Under the pieces are notes generated by a model. The model did not search any database, was not told the DNA's origin, and saw only the letters and a list, made by a program, of their open reading frames with translations. From assembly GCA_026394025.1 (NCBI GenBank), contig JAPKZC010000317.1, forward strand, positions 1 to 34,462: DNA of 34,462 nt, in the 5' to 3' direction. This document shows, one piece after another, positions 7,254 through 16,318 of the stretch; within the stretch, counting starts at the first letter, position 1, and each line of letters opens with the position of its first letter. The position numbers and the translations under genes were made by a program. This DNA is from Candidatus Solibacter sp. (GTDB lineage Bacteria; Acidobacteriota; Terriglobia; Bryobacterales; Bryobacteraceae).

Positions 7254-7467
7254 TCATTGAGGCGGTGATGCAGTCTCCATGCGGGCCGCGCACCGGATGA
7301 GCGCGGGATTACAGGCTTTGGCGCGATGCCGCTCAAGTCGAGGTGCTATCCCGTCGGAGGCGAACTCCTATTCGAAATGGATGAAGAACCACCCGAAGAA
7401 ATGCTCTGTGACCCTGGCGGCCTCCCTCTTCCTGTTTGAGAAACCGCCCGCGCGAGTTGCCCCCGGC

Positions 7468-8805
7468 CTACGCCGCCTTCGGCATCGCTACCGTCTTCGA
7501 CTGCAACCCCGCCTTGGCCAGCGCGTAGTAGACCACGAACCCCACGATGAAGCTGTACACCACCGCCGGCTGCACGTACGATTTCGTTTCCGGCGAGAGC
7601 GTGATCGGTAGCACATCCAGCGGCAGTATGCCCACGATGAAGCCCACCGCCCAGGCGATGTAGCCCGCCATATTCACGCCTTCCCTCGGACCGCTCCACT
7701 TCTTGCCCGCCAGCAGATAGTCCGCCACCATGGCCCCGATGATCGGTCCGAAGCTGGCGCCCACAATCGTGAAAAACCCAATCAGGTTGGCCGCCACGCC
7801 CGTGATCGCCAGCAGAACTCCCACCGCCGCCGCCGCCATTGTGCTGGACACGCGCGGCACGCTCGGAATCATCGTATTGAAACTATTGCCCGCTATGAAC
7901 GCGCAGAAGCACGAAGCCGGAATCGATGCGATCGCGAACAGGAACAGCATCGCCGAAGCGATCGGCCCGCCGATGGCCTGCACCACTTCGCCGAAATCCC
8001 AGCTCTGCGTTAATCCGCTGCCGTGGGCTCCCGCCACCGCCAGAAGCGGCAGCCCGCCGGCCACCAGCACGGCCAGCGTGATGCCCACCAGCCCGCCCCA
8101 CCGCACGTCCCTTTCATCGCGCGCGTTCATTCCGAAATCCGCCCCCGCCGCGCCCGCCGTGGCGAAGAATCCGATCACGATGGCGATCATCGTGGTGAAT
8201 GCGCCGAATGAATTCTCCTGCGCCGCCGCCACCTGATAGTTGCTGATCCCGCCCGAGGTCTGAAAGAAGACCACCAGCAGCATCAGCAGCGGAATCGCAT
8301 TCAGAAACAGGGCGATCTTGGACACATACTGCACCCCTTTCGCGCCCGCAAATGCCATGGCGCCGCCCCACAGCACGCACACGATTCCGAAGGACAGCGT
8401 GCCCGGCTTCGACGCCATCCCCATTCCCCGCAGAATGTAATCGGCGGAGAAGAACGTGCCTACCGCGAACCACCCAATCTGCAATACACCCATCAGCAGC
8501 CCGGGCATCACGTAGCCGCCGGCCGTGCCGAAGGTGGAACTGCCCACCACGTACAGCGGGAACCCGGTTTTCATCCCAAGCATAGCCGGAACCCGATAGT
8601 ACAAGGCATAGCTCAGGATTCCAGCCACAGCCAGCGCGACCAGGCATAGCGCCAGTCCGCCATGTTGCAGCGTTCCTCCCGCCATCTGTTGATAGAAGGC
8701 GATCCAGAGAAAAATTCCGGCATAAGTAGGCGCGGTATTGGCATACCACGGCGCGCGTTTCCCCATCGGGTTGGGCACTGCTTTAGCAAGGTAGTCTGGC
8801 AACAT
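7468..8805 (-). CDS. Purine-cytosine/NCS1-type permease-like transporter (about 12 TM)
   Basis: 445-aa, highly hydrophobic multi-TM ORF (...APWYANTAPTYAGIFLWIAFYQQMAGG...GFPLYVVGSSTFGTAGG...). The overall pattern resembles CodB/CytX-like NCS1 permeases. The family call is from memory; the transporter call is solid. Confidence 0.7.
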   Translation of the reverse strand: MLPDYLAKAVPNPMGKRAPWYANTAPTYAGIFLWIAFYQQMAGGTLQHGGLALCLVALAVAGILSYALYYRVPAMLGMKTGFPLYVVGSSTFGTAGGYVMPGLLMGVLQIGWFAVGTFFSADYILRGMGMASKPGTLSFGIVCVLWGGAMAFAGAKGVQYVSKIALFLNAIPLLMLLVVFFQTSGGISNYQVAAAQENSFGAFTTMIAIVIGFFATAGAAGADFGMNARDERDVRWGGLVGITLAVLVAGGLPLLAVAGAHGSGLTQSWDFGEVVQAIGGPIASAMLFLFAIASIPASCFCAFIAGNSFNTMIPSVPRVSSTMAAAAVGVLLAITGVAANLIGFFTIVGASFGPIIGAMVADYLLAGKKWSGPREGVNMAGYIAWAVGFIVGILPLDVLPITLSPETKSYVQPAVVYSFIVGFVVYYALAKAGLQSKTVAMPKAA

Positions 8806-8905
8806 GGCTCTTCCTTTTTAAATTCCGAATTGTGGATCTGAAGCGGCCAGTATACTACACGGCAGTTCACAACTCTGCCCCCCTGGGAACTGCTACAATC
8901 CAATT

Positions 8906-8921
8906 CATGCCTTCAGGCATG
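8906..8921. promoter_or_regulatory. Inverted repeat CATGCC-TTCA-GGCATG just downstream of a TACAAT box (8894..8899) in the divergent NCS1/MFS intergenic region; operator-like
   Basis: Perfect 6-bp arms with a 4-nt spacer, read directly. It sits where a transcription start for the MFS gene (start 8948) would be expected. Confidence 0.3.
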
Positions 8922-8947
8922 TTCGCTTTTCCGAATAATACCCAATC

Positions 8948-10153
8948 GTGATCCGCCGGGTCTTCAAAGCTTTTCAATATCGCGACTTCCGCCTGATGTG
9001 GATGGGCGCCTGCACGTCCAGCATCGGTACCTGGATGCAGATCGCCGCCCAGAGCTGGCTCGTCCTCAAGCTCTCCAACTCGCCCTTTCTGCTCGGCCTC
9101 GATGCCTTCCTCGGCGGCATCCCCATTTTTCTCTTCTCCCTGGTCGGCGGCGTCGTGGCGGACCGCATCGAACGCCGTAAGGTTCTGCTGATTTCGCAAT
9201 GCGTGCAGATGGGCGCCGCCTTCCTGCTCACTGCTCTCATCGGATTCCGTCTCGTCCAGGTCTGGCAGATCCTCTGCCTGTCGTTTATCACCGGCCTCGC
9301 CCAGGCATTCGGCGGGCCCGCCTACCAGGCCCTCATTCCCACCCTGGTCAGTAAAGAAGATATGCCGAACGCCATTGCCCTGCAATCCATTCAGTTCAAT
9401 GTGGCGCGCGTGATTGGTCCCGCGCTGGGCGGCATCGCCCTCACCCAGTTGGGCGAAATGTGGTGCTTCGGACTCAACGGCCTCTCCTTTTTTGCCCCCA
9501 TCATCTCCCTCCTCATGCTCAAGACGCGCTTCTATCCGCGGAAAACCTCGGAATCGATTCTCGCCGGCATGAAGCAGGGCATTGCCTTCATCCGCAACCA
9601 GAGCGCCATGGAAGCCCTCATGGTGCTGGCGTTCTGCATGACGGCCCTGGGTGTGCCCATGATGACCTTCCTCCCGGTCTTCGCCAAAGACATTTTCCAC
9701 CAGGGTCCCGGCATGTTTACCTTGTTCCTCTCCGTCTCCGGCGTCGGTTCCATCGTGGGCGCGCTCACCGTCGCCGCCCTTGGCAATGTGCGCCATAAGG
9801 GACGCATCGCCCTCATCATGCTCACCTGCCTCGGCGCCGGCATCTCGGGATTCGCCCTCTCCACCTCGGTTTGGTTGAGTTGCACGATGCTGTTTCTCTC
9901 CGGAGCATCCCTGATTGCCGTCTTTACCCTGGTCAATTCGCTGGTCCAACTCATCACCACCAACGAAATGCGCGGCCGCGTGATGAGCGTCTACAACTTT
10001 TCCTTCCGCGGCGGCATGCCCATGGGAAACCTGTTGACCGGCTGGCTCGTCCCACTCTTTTCGGCCCCCCTCGTGCTCGCCGTGAACGGTCTCGTCCTCA
10101 TGGCTGTGGCAGTGTATTTCCTCGCGGTGCAACGGCGGGTCGCCGCTCTCTGA
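8948..10153 (+). CDS. MFS transporter (EntS/MFS_3-like)
   Basis: 401-aa ORF. The N-terminus FKAFQYRDFRLMWMGACTSSIGTWMQIAAQSWLVLKLSNSPFLLG...GGVVADRIERRKVL is characteristic of the MFS_3/enterobactin-exporter-like family, with about 12 hydrophobic segments. Confidence 0.85.
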   Translation: MIRRVFKAFQYRDFRLMWMGACTSSIGTWMQIAAQSWLVLKLSNSPFLLGLDAFLGGIPIFLFSLVGGVVADRIERRKVLLISQCVQMGAAFLLTALIGFRLVQVWQILCLSFITGLAQAFGGPAYQALIPTLVSKEDMPNAIALQSIQFNVARVIGPALGGIALTQLGEMWCFGLNGLSFFAPIISLLMLKTRFYPRKTSESILAGMKQGIAFIRNQSAMEALMVLAFCMTALGVPMMTFLPVFAKDIFHQGPGMFTLFLSVSGVGSIVGALTVAALGNVRHKGRIALIMLTCLGAGISGFALSTSVWLSCTMLFLSGASLIAVFTLVNSLVQLITTNEMRGRVMSVYNFSFRGGMPMGNLLTGWLVPLFSAPLVLAVNGLVLMAVAVYFLAVQRRVAAL

Positions 10154-10174
10154 TGTAATAGAGGAGTCGCACTC

Positions 10175-10846
10175 ATGCTCGCCATATTCATCGCCGCATT
10201 CATGGCCGCCGCCGCGCCTTCCCCCCTCGAGGTGGCCCGCGATAAGCAGGATCGCACCACATTGACGGACCTCGCCGCCCAATTCAGCGCCGCCGCCGTC
10301 AAGGCGCCCGACGATCCCGACGCCCAATACCGCGCCGCCCTCGCCAATTGTTATCTCGCCGAGGTGGCCATCGAACTGCGCGATCGCAAAGCCGGCCGCC
10401 AGTTCGCCGAGCAGGGCATCCGGTTCGCCGAGAAGGCCGTGGCCCTCAAACCCGCCAACGCCGAGCACTATCGCCTCCTCGGCACCCTCTACGGCCAGGC
10501 CGTCACCGATATCATGAGCGGCCTCACCTACGGCCCCAAGGCCAAGGAAGCCATCAACAAGGCCGTCGAGAAGGCGCCCAAGTCTTCTATGATGTATGTC
10601 GCTCGCGGCGTCGGCAACTACTATGTCCCAGCCCAACTCGGCGGCGGCGCCAAGCTCTCCATCCCGGATTTCCAGAAGGCCATCGAAATCGATCCCAAAA
10701 ATGCCGAAGCCTGGCTCTGGCTCGGCATCGGCCTCCGCAAGGAGAATCGCGACGCCGAGGCCCGCCAGGCGTTCGCCAAATCGCTGGAGCTCAACCCCAA
10801 CCGCGCCTGGGCCAAACAGCAATTGGAGAAGACCCCGGCGAAATGA
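10175..10846 (+). CDS. Exported TPR-repeat protein
   Basis: 223-aa ORF with an N-terminal hydrophobic signal (MLAIFIAAFMAAAAPSP). TPR-like repeats end in ...DPKNAEAWLWLGIGLRKENRDAEARQAFAKSLELNPN. Its stop overlaps the next start (ATGA at 10843..10846). Confidence 0.75.
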   Translation: MLAIFIAAFMAAAAPSPLEVARDKQDRTTLTDLAAQFSAAAVKAPDDPDAQYRAALANCYLAEVAIELRDRKAGRQFAEQGIRFAEKAVALKPANAEHYRLLGTLYGQAVTDIMSGLTYGPKAKEAINKAVEKAPKSSMMYVARGVGNYYVPAQLGGGAKLSIPDFQKAIEIDPKNAEAWLWLGIGLRKENRDAEARQAFAKSLELNPNRAWAKQQLEKTPAK

Positions 10847-12423
10847 AGTCGCTCGCCACCGCTGCCGCCTGCATTGCGCTCGCGCTGCTCACTTTTTTTC
10901 AGTTCCCCGGCCACACCTGGCTCCAGCAGGATAGCCAGATCTACGCCCCCATCCTCGAACACCTGCGCGACCCCGCCGTCCTGCGCAACGACATCCTGGT
11001 GCTGCACCCCCACGTCGCCTTTACTCTCTACGACGAAACCGCCCTCGCCCTCCGCGCAATCACCGGCGCGGGCTTCCGCGAAGTGCTCGCCGCCCAGCAG
11101 ATCGCCACCCGCGCTCTCGGCATCTGGGGCCTTCTCCTGATGGCGGAAGCGCTCGGACTCGCCTTCGCCCCCGCGTTCCTCGTGGCTGCCCTCTGCTCCC
11201 TCGGCGCCGCCATTGCCGGACCTTCCGTTCTCACCTTTGAATACGAACCCACGCCGCGCGCCTTCGCCGTCCCCCTGATGATCTGCACCATCGGCCTCGC
11301 GGCCCATCGCCGTCACCTTGGCGCCGGAATCGCCGCCGCCGCCGCCTTCCTCTACCATGCGCCCACCGCCCTTCCCTTCTGGGGCGTCTACTTCGTAGTT
11401 GCACTGTGGCCCCACCAGGAACGCCGCGCGCGCCTCGCGGCCCTCATGCCCCTTGCCGCGGCCGTCGCCCTCCTCTCCGCCGCCGCGCACGCCCAATCCG
11501 CTTCCGGCTACGCCCAGCGCGTCTTTGCCCGCCTCGATTCCGCCCAGGAATTCCTCCAGCGCATGCGCACCTCCTACGTCTGGATCTCCGCCTGGCCCAC
11601 CGCCACCATCCTGCATCATCTGCTCGTTCTGTCCGTCCTCGTAGCCGCATTCGTGCGCATCCGCCGCGTCGTCGGCGTGGAATCACGCGTCCTCCTGCTC
11701 GGCCTTGCGGCGCTCGGCCTGCTCACCATGCCGCTCTCCTGGTTGCTCCTTGAGCAGTTCCATTGGGGTCTGGTCCCCCAGGTGCAACCCATGCGCACCC
11801 TCCTCTTTCTCACCCTCGGCATGCAGTTTCTCACCGCCGCCGCCGGCGCCCGCGCCCTGGTCGCGCGCCGCCCCGCCGAAGCCCTCGCCTGGTTCGCCTT
11901 CGCCTACCTGCTCCCCCTCCAACCGGTCCTCACCGGACCCTTCGTCTGGAGCCGCCTCAATCTCGCTCTCGCCTTGGCCGCGCTCACCGCGCTCGCCGGA
12001 ATTCGCTGGGCGCCCGCCGTGGCCCTCGCCGCCTTCGTCGCCATCCCCATGCTGGGCGGCGTGGTGAACTACCCGAGTCTCCACACTCCCGACCTCGCCC
12101 AGCTTTCCGCCTGGGCCCGCGCCAACACTCCTCGCGACGCCGTATTTGTCTTTCCCGACGTCAACCGCGGCCTCGCCCCCGGCATTTTTCGCACTGAAGC
12201 TCTTCGCGCCGTCTACGTCGATTGGAAAGGCGGCGGCCAGGTCAACTACCTCAAGGATCTCGGCGAGCAGTGGTGGTTCCGCTGGCGCCAAACCCGCAAC
12301 TTCAAGCCCACAGCCCTCCCGCAATACGCCGCCAGCGGCATCACCTACGTTGTCCTCCAAGAACCCCTCCCACGCGCGCCGCAATTCCAAAACGCCACCT
12401 ACGTCGTCTACCAACTCAAGTAG
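10843..12423 (+). CDS. Large polytopic membrane protein of unknown function (possibly glycosyltransferase-like fold)
   Basis: Taken from the in-frame ATG at 10843 (MKSLATAAACIALALLTFFQFPGH...) of ORF 10348..12423, giving 526 aa. It is translationally coupled to the TPR gene. There are many TM segments and a soluble C-terminal region (...AVYVDWKGGGQVNYLKDLGEQWWFRWRQT...). The upstream 165 codons of the ORF overlap the TPR gene out of frame and are Arg/Pro-rich. Confidence 0.65.
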   Translation: MKSLATAAACIALALLTFFQFPGHTWLQQDSQIYAPILEHLRDPAVLRNDILVLHPHVAFTLYDETALALRAITGAGFREVLAAQQIATRALGIWGLLLMAEALGLAFAPAFLVAALCSLGAAIAGPSVLTFEYEPTPRAFAVPLMICTIGLAAHRRHLGAGIAAAAAFLYHAPTALPFWGVYFVVALWPHQERRARLAALMPLAAAVALLSAAAHAQSASGYAQRVFARLDSAQEFLQRMRTSYVWISAWPTATILHHLLVLSVLVAAFVRIRRVVGVESRVLLLGLAALGLLTMPLSWLLLEQFHWGLVPQVQPMRTLLFLTLGMQFLTAAAGARALVARRPAEALAWFAFAYLLPLQPVLTGPFVWSRLNLALALAALTALAGIRWAPAVALAAFVAIPMLGGVVNYPSLHTPDLAQLSAWARANTPRDAVFVFPDVNRGLAPGIFRTEALRAVYVDWKGGGQVNYLKDLGEQWWFRWRQTRNFKPTALPQYAASGITYVVLQEPLPRAPQFQNATYVVYQLK

Positions 12424-12482
12424 GGCAACTCCGCGTACCCGCCCACTGCCAGCCGCTCATACTAAACTGATCTCTGTGGGAG

Positions 12483-13416
12483 ATGTCGCAAATGCCGAAA
12501 TTCTCCAGGCGGGGACTCGCCGGATTTCTTCTCGCCCCGCTCTTTCGCCTCAGGGCCCAATCCACGTCCGCGCCACCTGCCGCCAGCGCTCCGGCACTCG
12601 CATCGCGGACCATCGCGGACCCAGTCCCGCACCTATCGTGCCGACGCCGTCATCCTGTTCCTCGGGATTTCCATTTACCGGCGCTCCGCGGTGGGCGGCG
12701 GACAGGCCTCACTTGAGGAGACCGGTGCAGGCTCGTCCCTGCGCCGCACGCTGTTCTTCGCCGCTGGCTCGGACCCCAAGCGCGCCCTCGGATTGAGCCG
12801 CCTCGGTTGGATTCGTGAAGTCGTCCTTGGACCCGCTTCCGCCCCGTCCGAGGCCGCCTACTTCGGCTTGCTCACCTCATCGCCCGAAGACAGCCTGGAG
12901 CATGCCCGTAAGTCGGTCGACACTTCGCCCTCCAGCCGCAGCACCTTCAACGCCGTCAACGGCCGCAATACCACCGGTCGCAGCCGCAGCGCTGTTACTC
13001 ATTTCGAGTTTGCCGCCGGCGCGATCTGGAGCGACCGCGGCCTCATCGAACACGCGCAATCCATGTCTCAGACCAACGTTAATTGGCGCGAGACTTCCTG
13101 GCCAAACTCACCCACCCAGGCGCCGCCTACGTTTCTCCTCCTGGTGGCCACTCTCTTGCAGCAGCGTGCACGCCGCGCCGTGGGCCGCTATGTCTATAGC
13201 GAGCAGGAGTACTCGCTGGAACTCGAAGCCCAGCAACCAGGCCGCAAGCGCGATCGCCTCTTGCCCTTCCGCGGCAAGATCCGCAACCTCCGCACCGGAA
13301 AAGAGACCCTCTTCCGCGTCTGGCTGGAGGAAGGCTCCGATTCCATCGTGCCCCTCCGCATTGAGTTTCAGGCACGCTCGTTCTTGCGCCTCACCTTCGA
13401 AGCCGTGCCTGCCTGA
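12483..13416 (+). pseudogene. Hypothetical exported (Tat-like signal) protein, frame-shifted by a 10-bp tandem duplication
   Basis: ORF 12483..12716 starts MSQMPKFSRRGLAGFLLAPLFRLRAQS (Tat/signal-like). ORF 12691..13416 continues in the +1 frame. Deleting one copy of CATCGCGGAC (12601..12620) fuses them into ...APALASRTQSRTYRADAVILFLGISIYRRSAVGGGQASLEE... Confidence 0.6.
12601..12620. repeat. Exact tandem duplication, 2 x 10 bp (CATCGCGGAC)
   Basis: Read directly: gCATCGCGGACCATCGCGGACcca. A length of 10 is not a multiple of 3, which accounts for the +1 frame change between the two ORF halves. Confidence 0.95.
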
Positions 13417-13531
13417 CCGCGCCGTTGCGTCATGCCATGGCCAGCCCCGGCCTCTGCCTGGCCTCCCGTCCAGCATCCAAGCGTTGTGGAGGAGGTCAGC
13501 AGCGCCAGACGGTGCCCGTCACATTCCATCC

Positions 13532-14044
13532 CTAGACCGGCATGCCCACGCGCCATAGCAGGTATCCGATCGCCTGCTTCACATAGTTCCACCGCTCGTG
13601 AAGCGACCCCGCGCTGTGCTCCCTTCGCGGCGACCCGTACACCTTCAGCCCGCGGGATTGCAGCATCTCCTTCACCCGGTAGATATGGTATCCGTCGCTC
13701 ACCACAATCACCGAATTGAGGCTCATCCGCCGCATGATCTCGCCCGCCATCGCCGTCGATTGCACCGTGCTCTCGCCCTCATTCTCCACGACGCCCGGGC
13801 CGCCCGTCGTCAGGATACGCGGAGCCAGTTTGCCGTTGTACAATTCCAGCGCGTGGTCCAACCGCGCCCGTAGCACCGGCGATGGCCGCCCGCGATATTC
13901 CGCCGCGCCCAGCACCAGAATTACGTCCGCCGGTTGCGCCTCCTCCCGTGTGCTCTGCCGCTCGATCCGCCCGGACAGGAACGCCACCGCGACCACCAGA
14001 CCGATGACCGCCAGCGCGATCGCGTTCCATACTGCCTTTTTCAT
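13532..14044 (-). CDS. YdcF/ElyC-family (DUF218) protein with an N-terminal membrane anchor
   Basis: MKKAVWNAIALAVIGLVVAVAFL... then ADVILVLGAAEYRGRPSPVLRARLDHALELYNGKLAPRILTTGG...VIVVSDGYHIYRVKEM, the typical DUF218 pattern. The ORF track starts 9 codons earlier, at 14071. Confidence 0.8.
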   Translation of the reverse strand: MKKAVWNAIALAVIGLVVAVAFLSGRIERQSTREEAQPADVILVLGAAEYRGRPSPVLRARLDHALELYNGKLAPRILTTGGPGVVENEGESTVQSTAMAGEIMRRMSLNSVIVVSDGYHIYRVKEMLQSRGLKVYGSPRREHSAGSLHERWNYVKQAIGYLLWRVGMPV

Positions 14045-14085
14045 GTGCGCTATTCTGATCGTTTCAAGCAACCTATTGTAAACAG

Positions 14086-14892
14086 ATGTTGACCCCGGAA
14101 ACGATCTCGAGTGCCGCCAACCCGCTGCTGAAGGATGTGCGCCGCGCCGTTGCGCGCGGTTCGCTCACCGCCCAGGGTTGGTGCGTCGCTGAGACTTTCC
14201 ACCTTCTCGAAGAGGCGCTTCGCAGCCCTTGCGTGGTCAAAACCGTGCTCGCCGCTGAAAGCAAGCGCGCCGCCGTCGAAGCTTTTGGGCGCCGTCTCGC
14301 CGGCGTGAAAGTGGCCCTGCTGCCCGACGCGCTGTTCGACTCGATCTCTGCCACCGAAACCAGTCAGGGCGTGATGGCGCTGGTCCAGCCCCGCGAATGG
14401 AAATTCGAGCAACTGCTCCCAGGCAAACCCCTGGTGGTGGTGTTGGACGGGATTCAGGATCCGGGCAACGCCGGCACCATCGCACGCGCCGCCGAAGCCT
14501 TCGGCGGAACCGGCATCCTGTACCTCAAGGGCGCCGTCAGCCCGCACAATCCGAAGACGCTCCGTGCCTCCGCGGGCTCGCTCTTTCGCGTGCCTTTCCT
14601 GCACGGCGTCGCTAACGCAACCGCCCTCGCCACGCTCCGGCAGAACGGCGTCAAACTCTTCGCCGCCATGCCTGCCGCTGCCACCAAGCCCGCCGAATCG
14701 CTGGCGGCCACGGACCTCACCGGCCGGTGCGCCTTGATCGTCGGCAGTGAGGCCCATGGCGTCAGCGTGGAGTGGCGTTCCGCCGCGACCGCTGTTTCCA
14801 TCCCTACCGTGGGCGTGGAATCGTTGAACGCCGCCATGGCCGCCGCCATTCTGCTCTACGAGGCGCGGCGCCAGAGGTTGTTGCGCCCGTGA
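14086..14892 (+). CDS. TrmH/SpoU-family RNA 2'-O-methyltransferase
   Basis: 268 aa with SPOUT motifs: [53 protein letters not shown]. Confidence 0.85.
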   Translation: MLTPETISSAANPLLKDVRRAVARGSLTAQGWCVAETFHLLEEALRSPCVVKTVLAAESKRAAVEAFGRRLAGVKVALLPDALFDSISATETSQGVMALVQPREWKFEQLLPGKPLVVVLDGIQDPGNAGTIARAAEAFGGTGILYLKGAVSPHNPKTLRASAGSLFRVPFLHGVANATALATLRQNGVKLFAAMPAAATKPAESLAATDLTGRCALIVGSEAHGVSVEWRSAATAVSIPTVGVESLNAAMAAAILLYEARRQRLLRP

Positions 14893-16189
14893 GCCTCTTC
14901 GATTCCACCCCGCCCGATTCGCCCGGCAGCCAGCGCCCGCTCGCCGAGCGCATGCGCCCCCACGCACTCGAAGACTTCATCGGACAGGATCACATCCTGG
15001 GCCCCGGCAAACCGCTGCGCCGCCAGATCGAACGCGACGAACTCACATCCATCATCCTCTGGGGACCGCCCGGCGTGGGCAAAACCACCCTCGCCAACCT
15101 CATCGCCCACGCCACCAAATGCGAGTTCATTCCCTTCAGCGCCGTGCTCTCCGGCATCAAGGAAATCAAGGCCGTCATGGCGGATGCCGAGCGCTTCCGC
15201 CGCCTCGGCCGCCGCACCATTCTCTTCGTCGATGAAATCCACCGCTGCAACAAGGCCCAGCAGGACGCCTTCCTGCCCTACGTGGAACGCGGCGACATTA
15301 TCCTCATCGGCGCCACCACCGAGAATCCGTCGTTCGAAATCATCGCCGCGCTGCTCTCCCGCTCTCCCGCTCGCGCGTCTACGCCCTGCGCGCCCTCACC
15401 GTCCCTGAGATCGTCACCCTGCTCAAGCGCGCCCTGCCCCTCGTCCACCTGCGCGCCACCGGGGAACTCCTCGAACAGATTGGTATCTACTCCAATGGCG
15501 ACGGGCGCCAGGCGTATAACACCCTCGAAGCCGCCGCCGCCGCTTCGCCCTCTGGCGAACTCTCCGAGGCAGCCTTGCAGGACGCCATGCAGCGCAAGGT
15601 GCTGCTCTACGACAAGAGCGGCGAAGAGCATTTCAACCTGGTCTCCGCGCTCCACAAATCCGTCCGGTCGAGCGACCCCGATGCCGCACTCTACTGGCTC
15701 ACCCGCATGCTCGAAGCCGGCGAGGATCGTCTGTACATCGCGCGCCGCCTCGTCCGCATGGCCATCGAAGATATCGGACTCGCCGATCCGCGCGCCCTCG
15801 AACAGTGCATTGCCGTCAAGGAGGCGGTGCACTTCTTGGGCATCCCCGAAGGCGATCTCGCGCTCGCCCAGGCCGCCATCTATCTCTGCGTCGCGCCCAA
15901 AAGCGACGCCGCCTATCGCGCCCTCGGCGCCGTCAAGGACGACGTCGAGAAGACCATTGCCGAACCGGTCCCCATGCACCTCCGCAACGCGCCCACCAAA
16001 TCCATGAAGGAGTGGGGCTACGGCCAGGGCTACCAGCACGCCCACAACTTCGAAAACGCCATCCCCGATATGCAATGCCTGCCGCCCTCCCTGGCCGGCA
16101 GGCAGTACTACTTCCCCACCGACCGCGGCATCGAAAAGAGAATCCGCGAGCGCCTGGACGAGATCCGGAAGCTGCGCGGAGCCGGGTAG
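14889..16189 (+). pseudogene. rarA: Replication-associated recombination protein A (AAA+ ATPase RarA/MgsA), frame-shifted by an 8-bp tandem duplication
   Basis: The GTG at 14889 overlaps the upstream stop (GTGA). The N-terminal half (frame of ORF 14772..16007) reads [30 protein letters not shown]...[14 protein letters not shown]...[48 protein letters not shown], then becomes nonsense. The C-terminal half is ORF 15575..16189 (MgsA_C-like: ...[48 protein letters not shown]...). Removing one TCTCCCGC copy restores [25 protein letters not shown]..., giving a 430-aa protein. Confidence 0.8.
15355..15370. repeat. Exact tandem duplication, 2 x 8 bp (TCTCCCGC)
   Basis: Read directly: ctgcTCTCCCGCTCTCCCGCtcgcgcg. 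The 8-bp insertion explains the +2 frame offset between the two rarA halves. Confidence 0.95.
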
Positions 16190-16318
16190 GGCGGACACCT
16201 GGACCCGCTTCCCGCGAACCTAAGGGCGATCGCCTGGAACAGCAGGACTATCTCACCCCGCCGCCCGTTGCGTTGCCGCATGCCCATCGAAGACCGCCTT
16301 CCAGCAGATGTCCCATGG

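Noticed and set aside
8867-10822. A 651-aa minus-strand ORF spanning the MFS and TPR genes.
   Set aside because: It is antisense to two ORFs with clear family features. Its translation is low-complexity Gly/Glu/Asp/Ala/His-rich with no motifs. Shadow ORFs like this are typical of DNA at about 70% GC.
10348-10842. The upstream extension of the membrane-protein ORF.

Similar extensions occur at:
- 19329..19547 (SSS symporter)
- 26511..26597 (PLP enzyme)
- 14772..14888 (rarA)
   Set aside because: These extensions overlap the preceding genes out of frame and are Arg/Pro/Gly-rich. Internal starts give family-typical N-termini and, in several cases, overlapping stop/start coupling.
15340-15380. 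Programmed ribosomal frameshifting as the explanation for the split rarA, and likewise for the 12601 site.
   Set aside because: The frame changes coincide exactly with perfect 8-bp and 10-bp tandem duplications, and removing them restores family-consensus sequence. No slippery heptamer or downstream structure is evident.
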